Below are positions 7,218 through 18,475 of a DNA stretch of 32,000 nt, piece after piece; positions within the stretch are counted from its first letter, which is position 1; every line of letters starts with the position of its first letter. The position numbers and the translations under genes were made by a program. The stretch covers positions 2,323,543 to 2,355,542 of the forward strand of contig NZ_CM001976.1 in assembly GCF_000406145.1 (NCBI RefSeq), written 5' to 3'. The stretch is from Dickeya dadantii NCPPB 898. Its GTDB lineage: Bacteria; Pseudomonadota; Gammaproteobacteria; Enterobacterales; Enterobacteriaceae. Under the pieces are notes generated by a model, which was not told the origin of the DNA, ran no database searches, and saw only the letters and a program-made list of their open reading frames with translations.

Positions 7218-9824
7218 ATGGGTAAAGCTCTCGTTATCGTCGAGTCCCCGGCAAAAGCCAAAACGATTAATAAGTACCTTGGCAATGATTTCGTGGTGAA
7301 ATCCAGCGTGGGGCATGTACGCGACTTACCGACCAGCGGCTCCGGTTCGGCGAGCAAGAAAAGCGCTGAGGCCAACGGGGAGAAAGCCAAAAAAGCGGTC
7401 AAGAAAAAAGATGAAAAAACCGCGCTGGTCAACCGTATGGGGGTGGATCCCTATCGCGGCTGGCAGGCCAATTATGAGATCCTGCCCGGCAAGGAAAAAG
7501 TCGTATCTGAACTGAAAACGCTGGCGCAGAACGCCGATCACGTCTATCTCGCAACCGACCTTGACCGCGAAGGGGAAGCCATTGCCTGGCACCTGCGGGA
7601 AATCATCGGCGGTGACGACAAGCGGTTCAGCCGCGTGGTGTTCAACGAGATCACCAAAAACGCCATTCGTCAGGCGTTCGAGAATCCGGGCGAGCTGAAT
7701 ATCAACCGTGTCAACGCCCAACAGGCGCGCCGTTTTATGGATCGCGTGGTGGGTTACATGGTGTCGCCGCTGTTGTGGAAAAAAATTGCCCGCGGGCTGT
7801 CCGCCGGGCGCGTGCAGTCGGTGGCGGTACGTCTGGTGGTGGAACGCGAGCGAGAAATCAAAGCGTTTGTGCCGGAAGAATTCTGGGAATTGCATGCCGA
7901 TTTGTTGGCGAACCCGGACATTGCGCTGCAGATGCAGGTAACGCATCACAACGGCAAACCATTCCGGCCGGTTAATCAGGCGCAAACGCAAGCGGCGGTC
8001 AGCCTGCTGGAAAAAGCCAGCTATGTGGTAGCCGAGCGTGAAGATAAGCCGACCAGCAGCAAGCCGGGCGCGCCGTTCATTACCTCTACTCTGCAACAGG
8101 CCGCCAGTACCCGTCTGGGCTTCGGCGTGAAAAAGACCATGATGATGGCGCAGCGGTTGTATGAAGCCGGCCACATTACTTACATGCGTACCGATTCCAC
8201 CAACCTGAGTCAGGATGCGCTGGCGATGGCGCGCGACTATATCCAGGATGAATTCGGCAAACGCTATCTGCCGGAAGCGCCCAACCTCTACACCAGCAAG
8301 GAAAACTCGCAGGAAGCGCACGAAGCCATTCGCCCTTCCGATGTGAAAGTGCTGGCCGATCAACTCAAAGACATGGAAGCGGATGCGCAGAAGCTGTATC
8401 AGCTGATTTGGCGGCAGTTTGTGGCCTGCCAGATGATGCCGGCCCAGTATGATTCCACCACACTGGTGGTTAGCGCCGGCGATTATCAGCTGCGCGCCAA
8501 AGGGCGTACCCTGCGTTTCGACGGCTGGACCAAAGTGATGCCGGCGCTGCGCAAAGGCGACGAAGATCGTACGTTGCCGGCCATTGACGTGGGGCAATCC
8601 CTGTCGCTGGAAAAACTGCTGCCAAGCCAGCACTTTACCAAACCGCCGGCGCGTTACAGCGAAGCATCGTTGGTCAAAGAGCTGGAAAAGCGCGGTATCG
8701 GCCGTCCTTCCACGTATGCCGCCATTATTTCCACCATTCAGGATCGTGGCTATGTGCGGGTGGAAAACCGTCGTTTCTACGCGGAGAAGATGGGGGAGAT
8801 CGTTACCGATCGGCTGGAGGATAACTTCCGCGAGCTGATGAACTATGATTTTACCGCCCGTATGGAAAACAGCCTCGATCTGGTGGCGAACAGCCAGGCT
8901 GAGTGGAAAGCGGTGCTGGATGAATTCTTCGCCGAATTCAGCAAACAACTGGAAACCGCCGAGCAAGAGCCGGACGAAGGCGGCATGAAGCCGAATCAGA
9001 TGGTGCTGACCAGCATTGATTGCCCGACCTGTGGCCGCAAAATGGGGATCCGTACCGCCAGTACCGGGGTGTTCCTCGGCTGTTCCGGTTACGCGCTGCC
9101 ACCCAAAGAGCGCTGCAAAACCACCATCAACCTGATTCCGGAAGCGGAAGTGTTGAATGTGCTGGAAGGCGATGAGGCGGAAACCAATGCGCTGCGCGCT
9201 CGTCGCCGCTGCTCGAAATGCGGTACGGCGATGGACAGCTACCTGATCGACAATCAGCGCAAACTGCACGTGTGCGGTAATAACCCGTCCTGCGATGGTT
9301 ATGAGATCGAACAAGGCGAATTCCGCCTCAAGGGTTATGACGGCCCGGTGGTGGAATGCGAGAAGTGCAGTTCGGAAATGCACCTGAAAATGGGGCGTTT
9401 CGGCAAATATATGGCCTGCACCAACGAAAGCTGCGGCAATACCCGCAAAATTCTGCGTAACGGAGAAGTGGCGCCGCCGAAAGAAGATCCGGTGCCATTA
9501 CCGGAGCTGGCGTGCGAGAAATCCGACGCCTATTTTGTGCTGCGCGATGGCGCCGCCGGCGTATTCCTGGCGGCCAACACCTTCCCGAAATCGCGAGAAA
9601 CCCGCGCGCCGTTGGTGGAAGAGCTGGTGCGTTTCCGCGATCGTTTGCCGGAGAAATTGCGCTATCTGGCCGAGGCGCCGGTAACCGATCCGGAAGGCAA
9701 CAAAACGCTGGTACGGTTCAGTCGCAAAACCAAACAGCAGTATGTTTCCTCTGAAAAAGAGGGCAAAGCTACCGGATGGTCGGCATTTTATGTGGATGGC
9801 AAGTGGGTGGAAAGCAGCCGCTAA
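7218..9824 (+). CDS. topA: DNA topoisomerase I
   Basis: 868 aa. It has the TOPRIM N-terminus ([19 protein letters not shown]), the active-site Tyr motif [10 protein letters not shown], and three C-terminal tetracysteine Zn ribbons. It is collinear with E. coli TopA (865 aa). Confidence 0.98.
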   Translation: MGKALVIVESPAKAKTINKYLGNDFVVKSSVGHVRDLPTSGSGSASKKSAEANGEKAKKAVKKKDEKTALVNRMGVDPYRGWQANYEILPGKEKVVSELKTLAQNADHVYLATDLDREGEAIAWHLREIIGGDDKRFSRVVFNEITKNAIRQAFENPGELNINRVNAQQARRFMDRVVGYMVSPLLWKKIARGLSAGRVQSVAVRLVVEREREIKAFVPEEFWELHADLLANPDIALQMQVTHHNGKPFRPVNQAQTQAAVSLLEKASYVVAEREDKPTSSKPGAPFITSTLQQAASTRLGFGVKKTMMMAQRLYEAGHITYMRTDSTNLSQDALAMARDYIQDEFGKRYLPEAPNLYTSKENSQEAHEAIRPSDVKVLADQLKDMEADAQKLYQLIWRQFVACQMMPAQYDSTTLVVSAGDYQLRAKGRTLRFDGWTKVMPALRKGDEDRTLPAIDVGQSLSLEKLLPSQHFTKPPARYSEASLVKELEKRGIGRPSTYAAIISTIQDRGYVRVENRRFYAEKMGEIVTDRLEDNFRELMNYDFTARMENSLDLVANSQAEWKAVLDEFFAEFSKQLETAEQEPDEGGMKPNQMVLTSIDCPTCGRKMGIRTASTGVFLGCSGYALPPKERCKTTINLIPEAEVLNVLEGDEAETNALRARRRCSKCGTAMDSYLIDNQRKLHVCGNNPSCDGYEIEQGEFRLKGYDGPVVECEKCSSEMHLKMGRFGKYMACTNESCGNTRKILRNGEVAPPKEDPVPLPELACEKSDAYFVLRDGAAGVFLAANTFPKSRETRAPLVEELVRFRDRLPEKLRYLAEAPVTDPEGNKTLVRFSRKTKQQYVSSEKEGKATGWSAFYVDGKWVESSR

Positions 9825-9883
9825 TTACGCCGATAATTGACTAAAACCGCATTTTTTCCATCGGTTTGCGGTTACATTACGTT

Positions 9884-9911
9884 AAGCCAGCCTGTATAGG
9901 CTGGCTTTTTT
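9884..9911 (+). terminator. Rho-independent terminator of topA
   Basis: aagccagcc-tgtata-ggctggctt forms a 9-bp stem followed by tttttt. Confidence 0.8.
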
Positions 9912-10157
9912 GATCCATGAACCATGAATATCATCCGCTGGCAGCCGATAACAAAAAAGGAAATAAAAACCCGTTTTCCAGTAGCAGTGCTGTCTAAGTA
10001 ATACAGAAAGTGGTTATATAAAATATTTTTTTATGCTTAAATGGCATTTAAGTGGCGAGAATCTATACCGTTGTATTGAGCAGTCACCCGCTTGTCAACG
10101 CAGATAACGTCAACAATACAGATGCCGCCGCGCATGACATATTACGGAATGGGATAA

Positions 10158-11135
<978 letters not shown>

Positions 11136-11166
11136 TGCGTCCGTTTCACTCCGCGGCATGATGCAA

Positions 11167-11192
11167 CAAGGGCAGGTGAGAACCTGCCCTTG
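11167..11192. terminator. Bidirectional terminator between convergent cysB and nth
   Basis: caagggcagg-tgagaa-cctgcccttg forms a perfect 10-bp stem with T/A-rich flanks on both sides. Confidence 0.7.
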
Positions 11193-11231
11193 TCATTATT
11201 GAATAGCATTACGGCATAAAAGAGGCGCCGG

Positions 11232-11867
11232 TCAGATGTCGACCTTTTCCTTATATTCGCACAAGTCTTCTATCAGACAGGCGCCGCAGCGAGGCTTACG
11301 GGCGACGCAGGTATAACGGCCGTGCAGGATCAACCAGTGGTGGCAGTCGACCTTGAATTCCGCCGGGACGTATTTCAGTAATTTTTCTTCCACCTGCTCG
11401 ACGGTTTTTCCCGGTGCAAAGTGGGTTCGATTACAGACGCGAAAGATATGGGTATCCACCGCGATGGTGGGCCAGCCAAAGGCGGTATTCAGCACCACGT
11501 TGGCGGTTTTACGCCCGACGCCGGGCAGGGCTTCCAGCGCGGCGCGATCTTCCGGCACCTGGCCCTGATGTTGATCCAGCAGAATGCGGCAGGTTTTGAT
11601 GATGTTTTCAGCCTTGCCGTTGAACAGCCCGATGGTCTTGATATAGGACTTCACGCCGTCTACGCCTAAATCCAGCATCCCCTGCGGCGTATTCGCCACC
11701 GGATAGAGCTTTTCCGTGGCTTTGTTGACGCTGACGTCGGTGGCCTGCGCGGACAGCAGCACCGAAATGAGCAGCTCAAACGGCGAACTGAATTTCAGTT
11801 CGGTGGTTGGATGCGGGTTGTTGTCTCGCAGGCGGCTAAGAATGGCAATCCGTTTCTCTTTGTTCAT
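11232..11867 (-). CDS. nth: Endonuclease III (DNA glycosylase / AP lyase)
   Basis: 211 aa. It has the HhH motif LPGVGRKTANVVL and the C-terminal 4Fe-4S loop C-X6-C-X2-C-X5-C (CVARKPRCGACLIEDLC). It starts 1 nt after the rsxE stop, matching the E. coli rsx-nth operon. Confidence 0.97.
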   Translation of the reverse strand: MNKEKRIAILSRLRDNNPHPTTELKFSSPFELLISVLLSAQATDVSVNKATEKLYPVANTPQGMLDLGVDGVKSYIKTIGLFNGKAENIIKTCRILLDQHQGQVPEDRAALEALPGVGRKTANVVLNTAFGWPTIAVDTHIFRVCNRTHFAPGKTVEQVEEKLLKYVPAEFKVDCHHWLILHGRYTCVARKPRCGACLIEDLCEYKEKVDI

Positions 11868-11868
11868 G

Positions 11869-12561
11869 TTATTCCGTCAGCGTAGATGAGCCAAGGGGCG
11901 ACAGCCGTACCGTACGGGCACGGCGCTGTTTGCGTTTTTCGTCGATGAGATATTTGGCCGCCAGCATCATCCCCAGCCCGATAAAGGCGCCGGGCGGCAG
12001 AATCATCAGCAGGAACGGTGAGTCCATGTGCACCACTTCGACCCGTAACACCCGTGCCCAACTGCCCAGCAGCAGGTCGGCGCCGTCAAACAGCGTGCCG
12101 TTGCCGAGGATCTCTCTTATCGCGCCCAGCACAAACAGCGCACTGGTGGCGCCCAGCCCCATGAACAGGCCGTCCAGCGCCGACAGCATCACCGTATTTT
12201 TCGATGCGAAGGCTTCCGCGCGCCCAATCACGATACAGTTGGTAACGATCAGCGGGATAAAAATCCCCAGCGATTGATACAGACCGTAGGCGTAAGCGTT
12301 GATCAGCATCTGCACGATGGTAACCACCGAGGCAATCAGCAAGACGTAAATCGGAATGCGGATTTCGCCCGGCACCCAGCGTCGCAGCGCGGAAACGGCA
12401 ATGTTGGTGCATGTCAGCACCAGTGTGGTGGCGAGCCCCAGCCCGAGCGCATTGGTGGCGGTGGAGGTCACCGCCAGCAGCGGGCACAGCCCCAGCAATT
12501 GCACCAGTGCCGAGTTGTTTTTCCACAATCCCTGCAAAGCCAGTTCTTTGGTCTGGTTCAT
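11869..12561 (-). CDS. rsxE: Rsx/Rnf electron-transport complex subunit E
   Basis: 230-aa polytopic membrane protein. The N-terminus [20 protein letters not shown] is typical of RnfE/RsxE. It overlaps the rsxG stop by 4 nt. Confidence 0.95.
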   Translation of the reverse strand: MNQTKELALQGLWKNNSALVQLLGLCPLLAVTSTATNALGLGLATTLVLTCTNIAVSALRRWVPGEIRIPIYVLLIASVVTIVQMLINAYAYGLYQSLGIFIPLIVTNCIVIGRAEAFASKNTVMLSALDGLFMGLGATSALFVLGAIREILGNGTLFDGADLLLGSWARVLRVEVVHMDSPFLLMILPPGAFIGLGMMLAAKYLIDEKRKQRRARTVRLSPLGSSTLTE

Positions 12562-13190
12562 GGTTTATCTCCACATGGCGTCAGGGTGGACAGCCGCGGC
12601 GGCAAGGTTTGTAAAAACAAGGCGCCGCGTTTCACCGCATTGACGACCGCGCGCGGGGTGATGGTGGCGCCGGTAAACTGATCAAACTGGCCGCCGTCTT
12701 TTTTCACCGCCCAGCGGCTGTCCTGCGGACCGGTGATGGCCTGGCCGGTAAAACGCGTTATCCAGTCGGAAATGCGGATATCGATCTTGTCGCCCAGTCC
12801 AGGCGTTTCATGATGTTCGGTGACCCGCGTGCCCAGCACGGTACCATGAAAATCCGCGCCAATCAGCAGATGGATCGCGCCGGAATAACCGTCAGGCGCG
12901 GTGCTTTCCAGCGCGGCGGCGACCGGCGCGCCGTCGCGGCGGGCGATGTACACGCGGTGTGGCGAGGAGGAACCCAGCGACGGGTCGCTGACCAGATAAC
13001 ACTCGCTGAGCAAATCGTTGTTATAGCGATCGGCAGGCAGCACCTGGTCCAGCAGCGTGCGCTGTTGCGCAATGACCTGCTGTGAAATGGTTTTCTCGGT
13101 CAGGGCGTTGACCAGTGCGGTCAACCCGGTGGTCAAGGCGGCAAACAGCGCCAGCGTGGTGGCGTGGCGGCGCATAGTGGTCAGCAGCAT
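12558..13190 (-). CDS. rsxG: Rsx/Rnf complex subunit G (FMN-binding)
   Basis: 210 aa with an N-terminal TM anchor. The FMN attachment-type motif GATITPRAV lies near the C-terminus. Its position in the operon fits. Confidence 0.93.
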   Translation of the reverse strand: MLLTTMRRHATTLALFAALTTGLTALVNALTEKTISQQVIAQQRTLLDQVLPADRYNNDLLSECYLVSDPSLGSSSPHRVYIARRDGAPVAAALESTAPDGYSGAIHLLIGADFHGTVLGTRVTEHHETPGLGDKIDIRISDWITRFTGQAITGPQDSRWAVKKDGGQFDQFTGATITPRAVVNAVKRGALFLQTLPPRLSTLTPCGDKP

Positions 13191-13199
13191 AATTCGTCC

Positions 13200-14252
13200 T
13201 TAGCGATGGCCGTAAGCGCGCGGTTTGGTGAAGTAGTCGATCAACGGCACGGTAATGTTGGCCAACAGCACGGCGAAAGCCACGCCGTCAGGGTAACCAC
13301 CGTAGGTGCGGATGGTCCATACCAACATGCCGATCAACGCGCCGAAAATCAGGCGACCTCTGGGCGTGGTGGAGGCGGTAACCGGGTCGGTGGCGATAAA
13401 AAACGCCCCCAGCATGGTCGCGCCGGAAAACAGGTGCAGCAGCGGCGGGGCGCTGACGTCCGGATGCAGATACCAACCCGCCAGCGCACATACCGACAGC
13501 GCGAGCAGGAAGCTGAACGGAATCTGCCAGTGAATGACCCGCACCAGCAGCATAAACAGGCCGCCGGCCAGAAATGCCAGATTAATCCATTGCCAGCCCA
13601 GCCCGGCCAGTACGCCGCCAAATAACGGCTGATGCAGTAATACATCGGGCTGATGACCGCTGCGCAGACCGGTTTTGAATGCATCCAGCGGTGTGGCCTG
13701 GCTGACGCCATCCACGCTCTGAATCAGTTGTTGGATCGTCTGACCCGCCGCTCCGTGCCCGGTGAAGATCGCCGCCAGCGCATCCTGGAACCCGACCGGC
13801 GCTGCCTGCAGTCCATCCGGCGGTAGCCAGCTGGTCATCTGAACCGGAAAGGAGATCAGCAGCACCACATAGCCGATCATCGCCGGGTTGAATGGGTTTT
13901 GCCCCAGCCCACCATACAGTTGTTTGGCGATAATAATGGCGAAGGTGGTGCCCAGCACCACCATCCACCAGGGCGTAAACGGCGGCAGGCTGATGGCCAG
14001 CAGAACGGCGGTCAGCAGGGCGGAACTGTCCTGCAGCGTTTCCAGCACCGGGCGTTTTCGCAATGACAATATCGCCGCTTCGGTAACGAGCGCGGTGACG
14101 CTGGCCAGCGCCAGCTGGATCAGGTTGCCGTAACCGAAAAACCAGGCTTGCGCCGCGATGCCGGGCACACAGGCGGCCAGAACCCAGCGCATAATATTGC
14201 GGGTGGACTGGCGGTTATGGGTAAACGGTGAGGGTGCGATTCTGAAAGCCAT
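13200..14252 (-). CDS. rsxD: Rsx/Rnf complex subunit D
   Basis: 350-aa polytopic membrane protein (NqrB/RnfD type). It is immediately adjacent to the rsxC stop. Confidence 0.95.
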   Translation of the reverse strand: MAFRIAPSPFTHNRQSTRNIMRWVLAACVPGIAAQAWFFGYGNLIQLALASVTALVTEAAILSLRKRPVLETLQDSSALLTAVLLAISLPPFTPWWMVVLGTTFAIIIAKQLYGGLGQNPFNPAMIGYVVLLISFPVQMTSWLPPDGLQAAPVGFQDALAAIFTGHGAAGQTIQQLIQSVDGVSQATPLDAFKTGLRSGHQPDVLLHQPLFGGVLAGLGWQWINLAFLAGGLFMLLVRVIHWQIPFSFLLALSVCALAGWYLHPDVSAPPLLHLFSGATMLGAFFIATDPVTASTTPRGRLIFGALIGMLVWTIRTYGGYPDGVAFAVLLANITVPLIDYFTKPRAYGHR

Positions 14253-16292
14253 TTAATCCTCTTGCGACGCCTGCGATGCGGCGGCCTTACGTGCTTTAAC
14301 CCGAGCGATGGCGGCTGCCACGGCCGCTTTGCGTGGGTCGATGATCTCGGTCGGAGCGGTGTCAGCCGATGTGGCTGGGAACTCACTCTCCGGCGCCTGC
14401 GCCACGGTGGATGCCGATGCGTTGGGTGACAATGTCACGTTTTCCGCACTACCGGACTGCGCGGCCTTGCGTGCTTTGACGCGGGCAATGGCGGCCGCCA
14501 CGGCGGCTTTGCGTGGGTCGGCATCATCGTTGGTGGCGACAGCGGGCGTAAGTTCCGAGGGACTTGTCGTTGCCTGCTGTTCATCCCGGCGAGCCTGAAC
14601 CCGGGCGATTGCCGCTGCGATGGCGGCTTTCGGCGCGTCGTCTTGCGGCGTGCCCAGCGCTTTTTCCGCCTGATGTTCGCGCGCCTGCGCCTTGCGGGCT
14701 TCGCGGGCGGCGATCACGGCGCGGTTATCCGGCTGTTGGCCCGGTTCAATGCGGATTTCGGCCTGAACAACCGTGGCCTGTTTGGCGCGCACTCGTTCCA
14801 GCGCCGCTATCACCGCGTCTTTGTCGGTGGAAGCTACGCTGGCGGCGGCCTGTTTATGGCGCTGTTCGCGCGCCTGTTTTTCCCGTTCCAGACGGGCCTG
14901 ACGCGCATCAAAGCGCGCTTTGGCTTCCACCGCCTTGCGGGATTCCAGATCCAACGCCTGAATCTCGGCTTTTTCCCGACGGTAATACTGCACCAGCGGG
15001 ATATTGCTGGGGCAAACGTACGCGCAGGCGCCGCATTCGATGCAGTCGAATAGATGATGCTGGCGCGCCTTCTCGTGCTCCTGTCCCCGGCTAAACCAGT
15101 AAAGCTGCTGCGGCAGCAGCCCGGCCGGGCAGGCATCGGCACATTTGCCGCAACGAATGCAGGCTTGTTCCTCTTCCTGCGCCTGAATCTCATCGCGGGC
15201 TGGAGCCAGAATACAGTTGCTGGTCTTGATGATCGGTACGTCCAGCGCGGGCAGGGTGAATCCCATCAGTGGCCCGCCCATAATCACCATCGGCTGAGTG
15301 GTGGTGACATGGTAGCCGGCGTGGCGCAGCAGATGACGCACCGGCGTGCCCAGTCTGGCCCAGACGTTGCCCGGCTGGCGCAACGCATCACCGGTCAGGG
15401 TGACGACGCGTTCGGTCAGCGGCTCGCCGTTAATGACCGCCCGCTTGACGGCGTACGCGGTGCCGACGTTTTGCATCAATACGCCGATAGACGCCGAATG
15501 TTTACCGAAGGGCACTTCTTTGCCGGTCAGGATACGGGTCAACTGCTTGGCGCCGCCGGACGGGTATTTCGTGGGGATGACCCGCATCTGGATGCGCGGG
15601 TAATCCACCAGCGCCGCGCGCAGCGCCGCGATAGCTTCCGGTTTGTTGTCTTCGATGCCCAGCAGGATACGTTGCGGTTGCAGCAGATGGTCGAGGATGT
15701 CGACCCCCTGCGCGATCTCCTGCGCACACTCCTGCATCAGACGATCGTCGGCGGTGATGTAGGGCTCGCACTCGGCGGCGTTGATAATCAGGGTGTCGAT
15801 GCCGCGCAGGCCGCCTTGCAGTTTGGCGGCGGTGGGAAAGCCGGCGCCGCCCAGCCCGGCGATGCCGGCCTGATGCAGATGTTCGACTAATGCGGACGTC
15901 GTCGCCTGACGGTAATCGGTGACGGGGCGGCGTTCGCACCAACGGTCCTGACCGTCGGGAATAATAATGATGCTGAGCTCGGTCAACCCGGATGGGTGAT
16001 TGCTCATATGCTGGCGGATGGCGTGTACCGTCCCGGAGGTCGGCGCGTGCACCGGCAGCATGCGGCCAGTGCCGCGTGTCAGCGGCTGCCCTCGCAGTAC
16101 CGGATCGCCGACGTTGACGCACAGGTCGCCTTCCGGCCCGAGATGTTGCTTGAGCGGGATAATCAAATAGTCAGGCATAGGGACTTGCCGCAGCGGTACC
16201 TGACTGGATTGGGTTTTCATTTCCGGGGGATGGATTCCGCCTGAAAAATCCCAGATTCTGTCTTTTCTGAAGGCGGCGAACAGCTTAAACAT
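14253..16292 (-). CDS. rsxC: Rsx/Rnf complex subunit C
   Basis: 679 aa. It has two ferredoxin-type 4Fe-4S motifs ([12 protein letters not shown] and [12 protein letters not shown]) and a repetitive Ala/Lys/Arg-rich C-terminal extension, as in the E. coli RsxC tail. Confidence 0.95.
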   Translation of the reverse strand: MFKLFAAFRKDRIWDFSGGIHPPEMKTQSSQVPLRQVPMPDYLIIPLKQHLGPEGDLCVNVGDPVLRGQPLTRGTGRMLPVHAPTSGTVHAIRQHMSNHPSGLTELSIIIIPDGQDRWCERRPVTDYRQATTSALVEHLHQAGIAGLGGAGFPTAAKLQGGLRGIDTLIINAAECEPYITADDRLMQECAQEIAQGVDILDHLLQPQRILLGIEDNKPEAIAALRAALVDYPRIQMRVIPTKYPSGGAKQLTRILTGKEVPFGKHSASIGVLMQNVGTAYAVKRAVINGEPLTERVVTLTGDALRQPGNVWARLGTPVRHLLRHAGYHVTTTQPMVIMGGPLMGFTLPALDVPIIKTSNCILAPARDEIQAQEEEQACIRCGKCADACPAGLLPQQLYWFSRGQEHEKARQHHLFDCIECGACAYVCPSNIPLVQYYRREKAEIQALDLESRKAVEAKARFDARQARLEREKQAREQRHKQAAASVASTDKDAVIAALERVRAKQATVVQAEIRIEPGQQPDNRAVIAAREARKAQAREHQAEKALGTPQDDAPKAAIAAAIARVQARRDEQQATTSPSELTPAVATNDDADPRKAAVAAAIARVKARKAAQSGSAENVTLSPNASASTVAQAPESEFPATSADTAPTEIIDPRKAAVAAAIARVKARKAAASQASQED
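14280..14639 (-). repeat. In-frame repeat region inside the rsxC 3' end
   Basis: The peptide [20 protein letters not shown] occurs identically twice (14280-14339 and 14460-14519). A third copy, [18 protein letters not shown], lies at 14586-14639. The DNA copies are clearly similar, and more degenerate copies lie further upstream. Confidence 0.8.
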
Positions 16293-16875
16293 GATTTTCG
16301 ATCACACGGTTTTCCGCCTGGATAACGCGCACCGGAATGGCATCGAGATTCCATTTCCAACTGGCGGTCGTCGGGGCTAAGGGTCTTAATTCGATACAAT
16401 CCGTTGGGCAGGGCGGCACGCACAGGTTGCAGCCGGTGCACAGATCGCGGATGACGGTATGTACGGCGCGGGTGGTGCCGACAATGGCGTCCACCGGGCA
16501 GGCCTGGATGCATTTGGTACAGCCGATGCAGTTGTCCTCATCGACCCAGGCGACCAGCGGCTCCGGTTTTTGCGGCGCTTCTGCGTCAAGCGGCTGCGGC
16601 TCGACGCTCATCCGCTCCGCCAGCTTAAGCATCAGCGGTTCGCCGCCCGGCACGCATTTGTTGATCTGCTCATTATTGAGGGCGATCGCTTCGGCGTAGG
16701 GGCGACAGCCGGGATAACCGCACTGGCCGCACTGGCTTTGCGGCAGCATGGCGTCCAGTTGCTCAACCACTGGGTCTTCTTCCACCTGAAAGCGGCGCGA
16801 GGCAAAGCCCAGGATTAACCCGAACACCAGCGCCAGCGCGCTGAGCGCGGCTATGGCTACCCAGATGGTAATCAT
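16285..16875 (-). CDS. rsxB: Rsx/Rnf complex subunit B (polyferredoxin)
   Basis: 196 aa with an N-terminal TM helix. Cluster motifs are [21 protein letters not shown] and [12 protein letters not shown]. It overlaps rsxC by 8 nt. Confidence 0.95.
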   Translation of the reverse strand: MITIWVAIAALSALALVFGLILGFASRRFQVEEDPVVEQLDAMLPQSQCGQCGYPGCRPYAEAIALNNEQINKCVPGGEPLMLKLAERMSVEPQPLDAEAPQKPEPLVAWVDEDNCIGCTKCIQACPVDAIVGTTRAVHTVIRDLCTGCNLCVPPCPTDCIELRPLAPTTASWKWNLDAIPVRVIQAENRVIENHV

Positions 16876-17456
16876 CAGAGTTTCACCAGACCGGTAAAGC
16901 CCATAAAGGCCAGCGACATCAGGCCGGCCGTTACCAGTGCGATAGACGAGCCACGGAACGGCGCGGGCACATCGGCCACGGCGAGGCGTTCGCGCAGCGC
17001 GGCAAACAGCACCAATACCAGTGAAAAGCCGACGGCGGCGCTGAAACCATAGATGGTTGATTGCAGAAAATTGTGCGATTGATTCACGCTAAGCAGCGCG
17101 ACGCCGAGAACGGCGCAGTTGGTGGTGATCAGCGGCAGAAAGATACCCAATAAACGGTAGAGCGCCGGGCTGGTTTTCCGCACCGCCAACTCGGTGAATT
17201 GCACCACCACGGCAAAAACCAGGATAAAGGCCAGCGTGCGCAGATAGAGCAGGTTTAACGGCAGTAGCACATAAGTGTTGACCAGCCAGGAGAACACCGA
17301 CCCCAGCGTCATCACAAATGTGGTGGCAAACCCCATGCCGATGGCGGCTTCCAGCTTTTTGGACACGCCCATGAACGGGCATAAGCCCAGGAATTTCACC
17401 AGTACGAAGTTGTTGACCAAAATCGTGCCAACAAACAGCAAGACATATTCGCTCAT
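16875..17456 (-). CDS. rsxA: Rsx/Rnf complex subunit A
   Basis: The tracked ORF is 225 aa. The homologous start is the internal ATG at 17456 ([30 protein letters not shown]), which gives 193 aa as in E. coli RsxA. It overlaps the rsxB start by 1 nt (TGATG). Confidence 0.93.
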   Translation of the reverse strand: MSEYVLLFVGTILVNNFVLVKFLGLCPFMGVSKKLEAAIGMGFATTFVMTLGSVFSWLVNTYVLLPLNLLYLRTLAFILVFAVVVQFTELAVRKTSPALYRLLGIFLPLITTNCAVLGVALLSVNQSHNFLQSTIYGFSAAVGFSLVLVLFAALRERLAVADVPAPFRGSSIALVTAGLMSLAFMGFTGLVKL

Positions 17457-17736
17457 TACAGTGCCTACAAAATAAAACCGGCGTATTATCGGGCATTGTC
17501 CGGCGTTCGGCAACTTACCCTCTGTAGGGATATTAGGCAATCGCGCTATCAAGGGGGCGATAAAAGGTAAGCGTGCGTGATATAACGCGATATAAAAGGT
17601 AAGAAAATATCAAGAGACGTGCGAGAAAGAGAAGGCGGGAAGAGCGCGCGGCGGCACGCGCATCCATGCTGTATCATCAGACCACCAGTACTACCTGTAC
17701 TCTCAGCGCAGCTGTACCATCAGGACGCCGTTACCA

Positions 17737-17958
17737 TCAGACCACAAAATGCCAGACGGATTTCGGCACTTGCCCGATGTCAAACAGCTTTCCGCCAGCG
17801 GCTAATTCCGCGCGGCGATGATCGGCGGCACGATACATATTGATGATGTCGTGATTGTCAGTAAGAGAATAGTTCAGATGGTCAAATAATTTCTCAAGAC
17901 TTTCCAACGTATTCACTTTTCTGAATTTCAATAAATATTCGTAGACACTCATTTGCAT
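17737..17958 (-). CDS. cnu: Cnu/YdgT, an Hha-family modulator that binds H-NS
   Basis: 73 aa. YLLKFRK..LESLEKL.DHLNY.LTD...[29 protein letters not shown] is collinear with E. coli Cnu as I recall it. The start could be the ATG at 17958 or at 17952. Confidence 0.93.
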   Translation of the reverse strand: MQMSVYEYLLKFRKVNTLESLEKLFDHLNYSLTDNHDIINMYRAADHRRAELAAGGKLFDIGQVPKSVWHFVV

Positions 17959-18415
17959 AAAATAATCAAATAGAGTTTAAAGGGAATTCAGTATATTCGC
18001 TCCGGCGGTTCTGTCCAGCACTGAATTCAGAAGCGCAGCTTATAATAGTCAACCGTAATAAAAAGGCATAAATCTACTTCATTTCTTACTGATGCCGAAT
18101 ATCGTAGCTTTATCATTGAGTTAATTAACACACCCCATTAATTTCAATGCGGTTAAAAATACAGCAATAGAAAATTCTGGAATACGCCGGTTAACATTTT
18201 ATTCATATTATGACGTTTTTCATGCTAGCCATTCGATCTGTGTCACATTTTTTTGCTGCGCTATTATTTCCTTTCATATTAATGAAAACATTTTGTTTCA
18301 TTTAAATACGATGATATTCAGGCGGAATAATGGCGATTTTTATTTCATTATTCGGAATATCACGTATTGCCAGGTTGGATGTGTCGACATGAATACAATA
18401 ACTGAAATCGCTAAC

Positions 18416-18437
18416 TGCCGGCACCAGCGTGCCGGCA
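18416..18437 (-). terminator. Hairpin downstream of araA (possible terminator)
   Basis: tgccggcac-cagc-gtgccggca forms a 9-bp stem 39 nt past the araA stop. There is no adjacent U-tract. Confidence 0.4.
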
Positions 18438-18475
18438 TGGGTTGTCATGATGGGTGACTTAACGGAGCGCCGCTA

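Noticed and set aside
7326-9383. 685-aa ORF antisense to topA
   Set aside because: It lies entirely inside the confidently identified topA gene on the opposite strand. Its composition is Arg/Ala/Gly/His-rich and low in complexity, typical of stop-free antisense frames in GC-rich coding DNA. It has no SD and no recognisable motifs.
9917-9997. 26-aa ORF (MNHEYHPLAADNKKGNKNPFSSSSAV) between the topA terminator and cysB
   Set aside because: It has no SD and begins inside the terminator's trailing sequence. It is most likely a chance ORF in the cysB promoter region.
18210-18305. 31-aa very hydrophobic plus-strand ORF (MTFFMLAIRSVSHFFAALLFPFILMKTFCFI) in the cnu-araA AT-rich tract. I considered it as a small membrane protein, possibly blr-like or a toxin.
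   Set aside because: It has no SD. T-rich DNA automatically encodes Phe/Leu/Ile. It bears no resemblance to E. coli Blr as I recall it, and it is on the strand opposite to where blr would be expected. It is worth a ribosome-profiling look only if data exist.
18302-18448. 48-aa minus-strand ORF starting 28 nt after the araA stop
   Set aside because: It has no SD. It runs through the araA-distal hairpin, and the peptide has no distinguishing features.
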